A stretch of 64,000 nucleotides of DNA, taken from assembly GCA_963780185.1 (NCBI GenBank), contig CAWABA010000006.1:736001-800000 (forward strand), written 5' to 3'. Source of the stretch: Candidatus Bathyarchaeota archaeon (GTDB lineage: Archaea > Thermoproteota > Bathyarchaeia > Bathyarchaeales > Bathycorpusculaceae). Made by a program: the position numbers and the translations under genes. Numbering within the stretch: position 1 is the first letter of the stretch; the number at the start of each line of letters is the position of its first letter. Positions 53,120 to 62,911 of the stretch are shown in pieces. A model generated the notes under the pieces. It was not told the DNA's origin. It worked only from the letters and a program-made list of their open reading frames with translations, and searched no databases.

Positions 53120-53500
53120 CTATTTTTTGAGCAGACCCAGTATGCCGCCGATTAAGCCGAAGATTAAACCGAGGAGCCAGCCGCTGCCCACAAAGAGGCT
53201 GAGCACCGAAAAGATAACGACGATTGTGCCGCCGACCTCCGTCATCCCCGCATACATGAAATAAGCTCCAGCCATGATTATGATGGCGAAGGCGACAGCG
53301 ACTCCTCCGAGCAAGGTTATCGCGGTTCCAGCAAAAAGTCTGTGCTTTACAAAGTCTGAACCTGCGAAGTTAAGGATGTCGTGACCGACGATAATTCTAA
53401 CTATGCCTCTTAGAAGAATCATGATGGCGCCAATCAGGGATAATGCGAAGCCAATGACCGCACGTTTTGGCACGGTTTGGTTCATGTTAGGTTGCTGCAA
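53120..53500 (-). CDS. Small multi-TM membrane protein
   Basis: Four hydrophobic helices, GLIFGLIGGILGL. Confidence 0.7.
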   Translation of the reverse strand: MQQPNMNQTVPKRAVIGFALSLIGAIMILLRGIVRIIVGHDILNFAGSDFVKHRLFAGTAITLLGGVAVAFAIIIMAGAYFMYAGMTEVGGTIVVIFSVLSLFVGSGWLLGLIFGLIGGILGLLKK

Positions 53501-53862
53501 AATGAGTTTTCTCCTAAAGTTGGGTTAGCAAGCGGTAATTTAAAGTTTCCCAGCGCTTGAAGGCCAGTCGATGGCGGGCGTAATTATCGTTGTTGCATCA
53601 AGACATCAATTCCCTTAACTCAAGAAAAGCGTCTCAGTGGAAATAGTTAACCAAACATCCTGCAGAATAGGGGAAGAGATAGATTTTGGCGCGGACGGAG
53701 AAGAGGCAGCCAATTTACCGAAGCCGAATTTTAGTATTTGATGCAAGATATTTATTACAGAAGTTGGAAAGTTTAAACTTGTTTAAACAATTCATAGGAA
53801 AGTTTTATCTACAAAATCTTCTTTGCAGAAGGGTAAACCCAAAAAACGGAGCAAAAAACAAA

Positions 53863-54634
53863 ATGCAGTTGAAAGCCTTCAACATTGCCATAATGGCGGT
53901 TTGCGCCGCATTGTACGCGGTCATAGGGATCCTCACAAGTTTCGGCTTAACCTTCGGCGGAGTAGCCTTCTGGCCTGCCGCTTTCATCCCAGCAATCTTC
54001 GCCGTTTTGTTCGGTCCATATGAAGGCGGCTTCGGCGCAGCCATAGGAATATTCATCCACGACACCATAATTAATGGGCAACCTCTCCTGAGCCTCGCGG
54101 TAGGTGTCCCCGCAAACTTCGTAGCGTTCTTCTTAATCGGGTACCTTGCCCACAAAAAATTTGACAACAAAAAAACCATAATCAGCTTGATCGTCGGTTT
54201 CGTCGTTATCTTGGCGGGTCTCCTGTTGCCAATAATGATTTACCCTACCAACTTAATCGGCTTCGCTTTTTCAACGACTACCGTCGAAATACTCTTTGCG
54301 GTGCTTATGATTGTGTCTTTTGCTCTTTTCATAGGAATAGCCAAGTTCTCGAGAGAGTTCAGAAGCTTCGCCGTGAGGCTCAGTCATTGGCATGTCAATC
54401 GGCGCTCTAATAATCGCATTCGGCGTCTGGGCTTGGAGCCAAATTTTCTTCGGACCAAACCAGTTCTACTCAGCACAATTCACGGGTCCATTTGCATCCG
54501 CGGTGTTCGTGTGGACCTTCGTGACAGAAGCGCCGTTCGTCCTGCTGCTGGTTCCCCCAATCGTCAAAGCAGTCAGCCGTGCCTTCCCGTTTCTGAGGCA
54601 AAAACTTGAACGTCAAGAACAGGGGAACCGATGA
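53863..54634 (+). CDS. ECF transporter S-component-like membrane protein (frameshift near 54375)
   Basis: AVCAALYAV...FWPA...AVLFGP..G.FGAAIG.FI.D; continues into ORF 54392-54634. Confidence 0.75.
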
Positions 54635-55568
54635 CGAAGACAAAAACAGCCAGAGCCTTCGCTCCCGGCGCAATATCCAGCTTCTTTGAAATCCACGACA
54701 CCGAAAATGGCAAACCCATCACGGAATTGGCGAAAGTAGGTGCGAGAGGCGGCGGCTTCGGGCTTGAAAAAGGCGTGACAACAAAGGTCACCGCCAAAGA
54801 AGCCGAGAAATCAACAATCGACGTTTTCATAAACTCCCAGAGTGTGGAAGAAGCAAAAACAACAAAAAAAATGGTTCAGGAGCTTCTACGCGGGATGTCT
54901 GAAAAATATGAGGTAATCGTTGAGCACCAAATTGATGTTCCCATCGGGGCGGGCTTCGGCACCAGCGCTGGCGGCGCATTAACCGCGGGTTTAGCACTCA
55001 AGCAGGCGCTGGATTTGCCGCTAACCTACAACCAAATCGGCAAGGCAGCACACATTGTGGAGATTCAATGCGGAACAGGCTTAGGCACAGTGAGTTCATT
55101 AACGTTTACGGGTGGCTGCGTGCTGGTTGTTGAGCCGGGAGCGCCGGGCATCTGCCAGCTTGACCGCATCCCAATCCCCCAGACTACATGGTGGTAGCTG
55201 GGTTTTTCAATTCGCACATTCCTAAATCGTTGCTGGAGAACCCGCAGAGAAAACAAGTAATCAACCGCTACGGCAAAAAAACTCTGAAGGCAATCCTCGC
55301 CAAACCCACGTTGGGCAATTTTCTTGACAGATGCTGGGAGTTTTCCCAAGACGCGGGGTTTGCCACCGCCAATGTTCGGCAACTTGTCGGGTTGGCTAAA
55401 AAGGCGGGTGCAGTCGGTGCGTCGCAAAACATGCTTGGTGAAGCTGTGCATGCGTTGGTGCTTGAGGAAAAAGTTGAGGCGGTAGTAGAAGCTTTTAAGC
55501 GGGTTTTACCCTGTGAAAACACGTTTGTGAGCAAAATCGATTTCCAGGGTGCCAGGCTGATAGAATGA
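54631..55568 (+). CDS. Pantoate kinase, GHMP family (frameshift near 55180)
   Basis: [47 protein letters not shown]. Confidence 0.9.
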
Positions 55569-56055
55569 AAAGATTCAAGAAAGTCGCGGTTGGCGGAACA
55601 TTCGACAAACTACATAAGGGTCACGAATCGCTGTTGAGCACAGCTTTTGAAGTCGGAGAAAAAGTTGTAATCGGCTTGTCTTCTGACGAGTTTGTTTCAA
55701 AAATGGGCAAACCCCACCTGACTGCCTCGTACGCAGAAAGATTCAGTGAGGTTGCAGGCTTTTTTAGAGAAAAAAGGCTTGGCTGACAGGGCGGAAATTG
55801 TTCCCGCTAAAGGACCCTTTTGGGTTAACGGTGTCAGGCAAAGGCTTAGAAGCTCTGGTTGTTAGCAAAGAAACGGAGTCAAAGGTTGGCAAAATAAATG
55901 AAATACGCGCCAAAGCCAAGCTTCCGCCACTCAAAATTGTTGCTGTAAGCATGGTTCCCGCGGAAAACTGCGGCTCCATTTCCACGACGCGAATCAGAAG
56001 CGGGGAAATAGACCGAAACGGGCACTTGCTCAAAGAACGCAAAAACGCCTGTTAA
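55565..56055 (+). CDS. coaD: Phosphopantetheine adenylyltransferase, archaeal/eukaryotic type (frameshift near 55740)
   Basis: [40 protein letters not shown]. Confidence 0.92.
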
Positions 56056-56084
56056 AACAGCATTTTGCTCAGCCAATTGGGAGT

Positions 56085-57014
56085 CTACAAGATTTCTCCT
56101 ACTACGCTTATGGGTTTGCGGATAAGTGAGGTTAAATCTTCCAGTCGCTCTTTATCGACGGAAGCCAAAATTACGGTGGCTGGACCCGCTGACTTATTCA
56201 AATCCAAACCCTTCACCTCGCCGAGCTTAAGTTGTCTTCCAACGGCGTAGGCTATCATTCGGGCTTGGTCAGCGATGCCTAGACCGCCGACGGCTGCGAT
56301 GTCGTGGACGTATTTTTTGGTTGAGAGTTGGATTATGTTTTTGAGGTCTGCGATTTCGCCTTTGGCTTCGGCTATGAGGACTTCGTCGCCGACTTTTGGC
56401 TTGCCGACTGCAACAATCAAGTCGCCGGGAACCGTCTTTCCCAGCCGCAGGTCATCCTCGTTTGCGAAGCCGATTACGGTTAAGCCTGCACCTGTCTGGA
56501 CTGTTTCAAAGTTGTCTTCCGTGTTCTCCATCAGAACCTGGTCTGGGTCCAACCCGAGGGTTCTTGCTTCCCAACGAATGCCCTCCAGTATGTCGTTGCC
56601 TGTCGGGTCCTTCTCAACACCCAAAGTAACGGATAAAAGCGTGGGGAACGCGCCAGTTGCGATTACATCCATCAGGCTGACTCTTGCCAGAAACTTTCCC
56701 AGCACACGCCCGTCAACTTTGACTTTATCCATAATTTTAGGTCCAACCGCACCTGACGAAGTTGACCCAACTACAATCGCGTGCCCCGTGGGGATTCTAA
56801 CGATGGAAACGTCTCCTCTTCGCGTGTAAGTTAACTGGGCTGGCTTAACCTGAAAAGCAATGGGACGCAGCATCGTGCCGACGTTGTCTACAAGATGCAG
56901 GTAGACGGTTAAGGCTTGACGCATCACCTCTGACCGGGTCAGGCCATGCTTGTCGGCTAGTTTATCGATGTCTGAGGCAATCTTGTCGGGGAGGCGGACG
57001 TTCACAATTTCCAT
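56085..57014 (-). CDS. CopG/RHH domain fused to an AIR-synthase-fold, alpha-ribazole kinase (CblS)-like domain
   Basis: VNVRLPDKI...IDKLA...GLTRSEVMRQAL; ARVSLMDV, LGVEKDPTG, TEDNFETVQTGAGLTVIG, GKPKVGDEV, KSAGPAT. Confidence 0.75.
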   Translation of the reverse strand: MEIVNVRLPDKIASDIDKLADKHGLTRSEVMRQALTVYLHLVDNVGTMLRPIAFQVKPAQLTYTRRGDVSIVRIPTGHAIVVGSTSSGAVGPKIMDKVKVDGRVLGKFLARVSLMDVIATGAFPTLLSVTLGVEKDPTGNDILEGIRWEARTLGLDPDQVLMENTEDNFETVQTGAGLTVIGFANEDDLRLGKTVPGDLIVAVGKPKVGDEVLIAEAKGEIADLKNIIQLSTKKYVHDIAAVGGLGIADQARMIAYAVGRQLKLGEVKGLDLNKSAGPATVILASVDKERLEDLTSLIRKPISVVGEIL

Positions 57015-57216
57015 ATTCAAACACTCGCTAAACAAATGCTTACTCTGGGAAGCCTCTTATCCTTTCCCACAAGCATTATTTGACCAGAGAAACGATTACA
57101 TGCCGAATTCGTAAGAAACAACAACTAAAAATCTTTAACTATCTCTGTTCGGGCGTAGTTAAAAAAACCTCCGCAGTCTACTAATGGAAATCAGAGAAAC
57201 AATTGAAAAAGAGTTC

Positions 57217-57272
57217 AGTCAAGAAACTTTGACTAAGCCTTAGTCAAGAAACCTGAACAAGAAAACTTTTAT
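57217..57272 (+). promoter_or_regulatory. Operator/promoter element shared with 48294-48351
   Basis: AGTCAAGAAACTTTGACTAAGCCTTAGTCAAGAAACCTGAACAAGAAAACTTTTAT upstream of 57308. Confidence 0.75.
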
Positions 57273-57307
57273 TGGTTAACAATCCAAACCTCATTTAGAG
57301 AAAGCGT

Positions 57308-58702
57308 ATGGAAAGAAAGTTAGTAACGATTGCCTTAATTCTCTTGATGTTCTCAGCGCTCTTTCCATTTACCAAAGTTGAAGCTAACGCCAAAACCATA
57401 GTTGTGCCAGATAATTACAGAACCATAACCGATGCAATCGGTAATGCTACAAACGGAGATGTGATACTTGTAAGATCAGGTTTTTACAGCGAAATCCAAT
57501 TAGATTCAAACGTTTCTCTGTCATTGATAGGTCAAGGAGCAAGTACGACCACAATTAGCTTGCATCCACCTATTGTTAATACGACTATTGGGGACGTCAC
57601 ACTATCGGGATATGCCTCTCCTATCCAAATAAACGCTAACAACGTAGTCATATCAGGCTTTACTATAACCAGCACAGGCGGAAATCTTGCAATTAACGGA
57701 AATAACGCATGGCTAGCAAACAACGATTTAGCTGTCAACATTGCACTAAGCGGAAACTATGAAACTGTAACAAATAACACATTGAATCTTTCAGTAAACC
57801 CGATATTGGGAATAGGAATAGGCGGCTCTTACAGCAAAATTTGTCAAAACACTGGAACAGGCTTAATTGCGGTTGGTTCTGGGTCTTACAATAACGTTTT
57901 TGCTAACACAATAACTGGTGAAATCGGAGGCTTTGGAACTAGTTATTCCAACCTTTACTACAATAACGTGGTAGACGGCGGGATGGGCATGTCTGCTGCG
58001 ACCGGAGATTTTGTCGCCAATAACACTGTAGAAAACTGCGATCATGGCATTAGCATAGTAAATGGCTACAACAATTTGGTTATAGGAAATACAGTCGCAA
58101 ATAATGCCGGGGCAGGATTAATCAAGAAGGAAGGTCTAGCCAATTTGTTCTATGCAAACTACGTCGCCAACAATGGATTTGGCGTACAAATCGGCTCAAA
58201 TCAAATTGGTAATACCACTCTTTACGACAACGACTTCATTAATAACAGTAAGCAAGTCCAATATCTTTTCCCAGGTTCAATCGATCATTGGAATGAAAAT
58301 CAAGGCAACTATTGGAGCGACTACTCATCCAAGTATCCTAATGCTTCCCAAATAGACTCATCGGGAATTTGGGACACGCCCTACAACATTACAAACGGTG
58401 AACAGGACAATTATCCTCTGATCAGTCCCTTTGACATTTCAACCATCAATACTCAGTTACCAATTTGGGGAGATATCAACAATCCAACCCCACTACAATT
58501 ACCTTCGTTTCCTCCTCAAAAGCCGTTATCAAGCCCAACCTCAACTCCTGTGTCCTCATTTGCCCCCACAATGGCGCCAAGCCCAAGCTCAACTCCAACC
58601 GTTCCAGAGTTGTCTTGGTTGGTGCTTGTGCCTTTGCTTCTTTCCGTGTTCGCTGTTGCTGTGATTGTTAAGCATCGAAAAGACGTTAAAGCTAAGCGAT
58701 AG
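57308..58702 (+). CDS. Secreted right-handed beta-helix (NosD-like) surface protein with PEF-CTERM-like tail
   Basis: IVVPDNYRTITDAI, GNYWSDY, GIWDTPY, D.YPL, Pro/Ser/Thr linker, VPELSW followed by TM and basic residues. Confidence 0.88.
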   Translation: MERKLVTIALILLMFSALFPFTKVEANAKTIVVPDNYRTITDAIGNATNGDVILVRSGFYSEIQLDSNVSLSLIGQGASTTTISLHPPIVNTTIGDVTLSGYASPIQINANNVVISGFTITSTGGNLAINGNNAWLANNDLAVNIALSGNYETVTNNTLNLSVNPILGIGIGGSYSKICQNTGTGLIAVGSGSYNNVFANTITGEIGGFGTSYSNLYYNNVVDGGMGMSAATGDFVANNTVENCDHGISIVNGYNNLVIGNTVANNAGAGLIKKEGLANLFYANYVANNGFGVQIGSNQIGNTTLYDNDFINNSKQVQYLFPGSIDHWNENQGNYWSDYSSKYPNASQIDSSGIWDTPYNITNGEQDNYPLISPFDISTINTQLPIWGDINNPTPLQLPSFPPQKPLSSPTSTPVSSFAPTMAPSPSSTPTVPELSWLVLVPLLLSVFAVAVIVKHRKDVKAKR

Positions 58703-58857
58703 TCTTTTTTGTTATTTGTACCTGAAACAGACGCTTATTCGGGCAACGGCTTTTCTCCGCGGGGAAACTTGGCGGAGGCAGTAGCTCTGGGCTTTAATGG
58801 CTTTGTCAATTGATCCGCAAAGCGGATCCAAGCTGCCCAAACGCCTCATTGGGAACC

Positions 58858-59045
58858 CGCCCATAGCCGACAATACCTGACAATGCCGTCAACATCGCTT
58901 CAACATACAAAGTCGCATTCCGCCCATAGCAAAGTCGCATCCGACAATACGCCTAAAGCAGATTCAAGCTTAGAACCAAGAAAGCAACCCAAAACGCAAA
59001 GAAACCGGGGCGGAAAGTCGCAACTTATTCCTACGGGAAGTCGCA
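58858..59045. repeat. Cluster of short direct repeats (AAGTCGCA x4, CGCCCATAGC x2, CCGACAATAC x2)
   Basis: AAGTCGCA at 58910, 58932, 59015, 59038; CGCCCATAGC at 58858, 58921; CCGACAATAC at 58867, 58941. Confidence 0.75.
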
Positions 59046-59228
59046 ACTTTTTTATTTTCCTGAAAACACCGCCAAGCATGGATAATCAGGCGTTTTCCAG
59101 CCATTTCTTCAAGGGAAAAGCCGCTAAAACAGATTTACCACTTGGGAGAATGGCAAACGAGAGACTAGCACAAGAGTTATATGCCTAATTCAATAGAAAA
59201 CAGGAGGTAAAAAACATGGGGGATAATA

Positions 59229-60215
59229 TTGAATAAGAAAATTCTAGCTTTAAGTCTCATTTTAGTGTTAACAGTAGTGTACGTAACTTCAGTTTCAATA
59301 TCTACATCTAAAGCTCAAACAACCAGCCAGCAAACAACCGGTGGATGGATTACCTCGTACACCGTGAAAAACGCCAACAACCAAGCAACAATCATAGACA
59401 CATCCTCACACCAAAACGGCTACATATTAGAAGGCGACGAGTTAGCGGTCACCGCAACAATCAGCATCAGCCAAAGCAGCCCCTCCACAAGTCTATCGTT
59501 AACAACAAGCCTCCAGCACTCAGATTTACAGCAAAACATGTACTGGGAGCTTGACTCAACAAACTATAACCTCGGAGACTTTAACCCCAACTCACGGACC
59601 ATAACGTTCGCGGAGAACTCAGGCACCCTCCAGATTACCTGTTTCGGACTTGTTCCATCAGGGTCAGTAACCCAGAGCGGTCCCAACGGCATAACCTTAG
59701 ACATTCCAACCCCACTCAACCTGATTGTCCTTGAAGACCCAAGCGGCGCAACCCTTGACTCAGTCACCGTAAACATAACAGACTCCGCAATCAACAATTA
59801 CCTCAACGTTCTCAGCCAAAGAGAAAACACACTCAAAGGCTACAAGAGCTCAGGCGTTGACTCAGGATTCACACAGATTTACCAAAACGTCATTGACGCA
59901 TCCAAAGTTATGGAAGGCCAAGGCTTCGCAACTGCCGCTACCCAGATGCTTAACGGATTAAACGTCGCTTCACCTCCATCAGCAAGTACAGCGGGAATCC
60001 TTATCCCGGTTGCAGGTGTTATGGCAGCTGTAGCGGTTGTTTTTGCGTTCCTGTTCATGCGGATAAGAGGCAAAGTCAGCTACTTCCAACTTGTCGTTGA
60101 AGACCAAATCAAGGACTTAGAAGGCTTGAGCATGAGAATCTCAAGAATCGACAGAGCAGCTTCCTCAAACCTGGAATCAGTCAAAGACAGACTCAAAAGA
60201 TTAGTCGGAGCGTGA
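59229..60215 (+). CDS. Type I membrane protein: signal peptide, external domain, one TM helix, cytoplasmic coiled-coil tail
   Basis: MNKKILALSLIL...; TM ILIPVAGVMAAVAVVFAFLFM; tail VVEDQIKDLEGLSMRISRIDRAASSNLESVKDRLKRLVG. Confidence 0.8.
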   Translation: MNKKILALSLILVLTVVYVTSVSISTSKAQTTSQQTTGGWITSYTVKNANNQATIIDTSSHQNGYILEGDELAVTATISISQSSPSTSLSLTTSLQHSDLQQNMYWELDSTNYNLGDFNPNSRTITFAENSGTLQITCFGLVPSGSVTQSGPNGITLDIPTPLNLIVLEDPSGATLDSVTVNITDSAINNYLNVLSQRENTLKGYKSSGVDSGFTQIYQNVIDASKVMEGQGFATAATQMLNGLNVASPPSASTAGILIPVAGVMAAVAVVFAFLFMRIRGKVSYFQLVVEDQIKDLEGLSMRISRIDRAASSNLESVKDRLKRLVGA

Positions 60216-60221
60216 TAAGAA

Positions 60222-62909
60222 ACGAGAATTTACCAAAACAGTGTACAAGTGATCGGACTCGGTTCAGCAGGAACCAACATTGTAGAAACCTTCCTGACAA
60301 ACAAAAAAACCAGAGAGCTAATACAAAACGACCTCACAAGACTTTCGCTCTTAGCCATAGACATCGCTGACCCCGAAATCAGAAGCCTGCAGGAAACCTA
60401 CGAAGGCATCGAAAAATCCATGGTGAAAGCAGGCATACCCGCAGAAAGAATGCGCCTAATCGCCCAGTCAGTAAAGTTCCCAACAGCAGAAGCAATGTTT
60501 GACTTCATCAACCAGAAATACGGCGAATACCTCATCGGCGAAGGAGCCAAACTTGTCTTTCACCCTTGGCTGGAAACCACAATGGCTATTCCACCAATGG
60601 CCGGAGGCGCAGGCAGACGACGAGCCTTAGCCAAAGCAATCTACGCATTAAACTACTATCAACTCGGAATCATCAAAAACTGCATAAACAGCTTCAAAGA
60701 ACAAGCCCTCTCAGGAATCATCACGCCAACAGTGATTATTTGCTATGGTCTTGGCGGAGGCACAGGAAGCGGAGTATTCTTCGATTTCGCAAGGCACCTA
60801 CGAAAAGTCTTAGGTTCAGGCGTCGCAATCATAGCCTTCGTAGTCACCCCGTGCGGCGGAGACGATCCCCCAGCTAAAGGATGCTCAGCTTTCACTGTCA
60901 ATGAACGAGCTATCCCTGTTCCTCAATAAAGATTACAACGAATACGTCGTTAAAGAGTACGGTGAATGCTACCGAAACCCACTCAACGCCCTCATCTACC
61001 TGCCACTGCTGCCTGCCTACTGCAAAGTCGGCAACATCGTTAGCGCCCGAAGAGAAATGGACGACATGGTTGTCGACATGCTATACGTCTTGATGGACTT
61101 TGACTTAGCAGACTTAATGGGCGGAATCGGCACCGAAGTCGGCTTAACCTACAACTCAGCGCACACGTTGGGCATGGTAAAAGTCGAATTACCCAGTTGA
61201 AGAATACATTTCAGCCTACAAACTCAACTTCGAAGGCATCCAGCTGCTCCAAGACCTCAGAAGAGAAAAACTTGATATCCTCGACGAAATCGGCAACATC
61301 ATCGCCGTCGACCACGACGTAACAAGGGAACTCTTCCGCAACTACCTCATAAAAGCAGGCACATTCAACGAAGAACAATTCGAAGACAAACTGAAAACCG
61401 AAATCACCAGCAACCCACGACTTGAAGACGACCAAGAACTCCACGTCAAAGGCGTCGAAATACAGGTCAAAAACTGGCTTGCCGAAATCATGAAGCTTCT
61501 GTCAACCATAAAACTGATGGGAAAAACAGGCCCAATCGAAGACTCCATCATAAACCTCACACTGAAGAAAGAAGGCTCAAGAAAAATCGACAACTTAGAA
61601 ACCTTGCTAACCAACCTGACGAAGACGCATTTGGAATTCCGCGAGAAAAAAGCGCTCATCGTCGAACGACTCAACCAGCTTATCCCAAGCTCACAAGTGT
61701 TCACTGTTAGGCAAAAGAAGATTCTTGAAGACTTAGTCAACTTGGCGGAGATTGCTGAGAGAGCGCTGGATTTACAGCAGTTCTACGATGAAACCCGATA
61801 CTTAACTGACGCATTAATCAGGTACTATGAAGTTCTTCCTGAAAGCCAAAACGAACTCAACGACCTAAGAGACATCCAAGCAGAACTCTCAACAGTTTAC
61901 CTAATAATTCAACTCATGCTCAGAACACCCGCCGACGAAGCAAAAATGATCGACGAACACGTAACCTTCATCAACGAAATATTGGCAAGACGCATGCAGA
62001 ACCGAGGCAACTTCGACAACGAAGTCATGAGAGTACAAGAAACAAAGAAACGCAAAGAATTCGACAAAGAAAAGCTAGAGAGGCAATCAAGAAAACTCTT
62101 CGGCGGAAAACGCTACGCAAGAGAACAGCTTATGGAACTTGACAGGGACCTGAAGCGGATAGAGGAAGAAGAAGCCTTTGCGCTTGACAACCTAGGCAAA
62201 GTCGACGGCATAATCAACCTTTACGAAACTCTGGGCAAACGCTTTGAGTTAACCTCAGAATACCGCAAGAGACTCGGCAAGATCGTTGACATAAACCAAG
62301 AATACCAGGAAATGGTTGACCAAATCGTTGCACCAAAGAAGTTCTTCGAAAAATCAGCGGACCTAACAGAGACGGAGCAGCTTAGAATAATCTTCAAGAT
62401 ACTTACTGAACAGGAAGAAGGCCTCACCAGAGAAGTCATCAACAAAGACATCTTGGATTTGGAGCACTTCAAAGACTACATACGAAGCATAATCAGAGCC
62501 TTCAAGACACCGACCATCATGGGCTACAAGACCAACCTACAAAACCGACTACATCTGGGTCACCATAGTTTCGCCGCCTAACATGTGGACCGAAGACCTC
62601 TCACAGGAAGTCTACACGGCACTCGCAGGATACGTCACAAGCGAAGTATCAAGAACCATCACCGTCCGAGTCATCGAATCCCGAGACGCATGGACCACAA
62701 GAGTGCTAGTAATCGGCGGAAGAGGAAAACCCGAAGACATGGAAGCATACGACGAAATGCAGCTACTCTACAACAAATCAAACGACTTCGAAAGACACCT
62801 ATCCCGAAGCTACCTACTCGAACACGGCGTCTCAGCAGCAAACATCATCAAAAAAGTCAACGCAGAAAACGGCATAGCCCAACCAGCTAACAACAGCAAC
62901 AAAAAGTAA
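60222..62909 (+). CDS. Tubulin/FtsZ-superfamily GTPase with long helical (coiled-coil) insertion, about 890 aa; three frameshifts (~60898, ~61185, ~62530)
   Basis: VIGLGSAGTNI, GGAGRRRALAK, GLGGGTGSG, DFDLADL; ORFs 60249-60929, 60901-61200, the frame leading into 61490-62581 and 62583-62909 join by single-base shifts. Confidence 0.82.
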
Positions 62910-62911
62910 AA

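Noticed and set aside
58858-59045. CRISPR array
   Set aside because: Repeats are only 8-10 bp with irregular spacing and there are no cas genes.
58883-59188. 101-aa ORF on the + strand
   Set aside because: It overlaps the repeat cluster, has no recognisable motif or SD, and is probably spurious.
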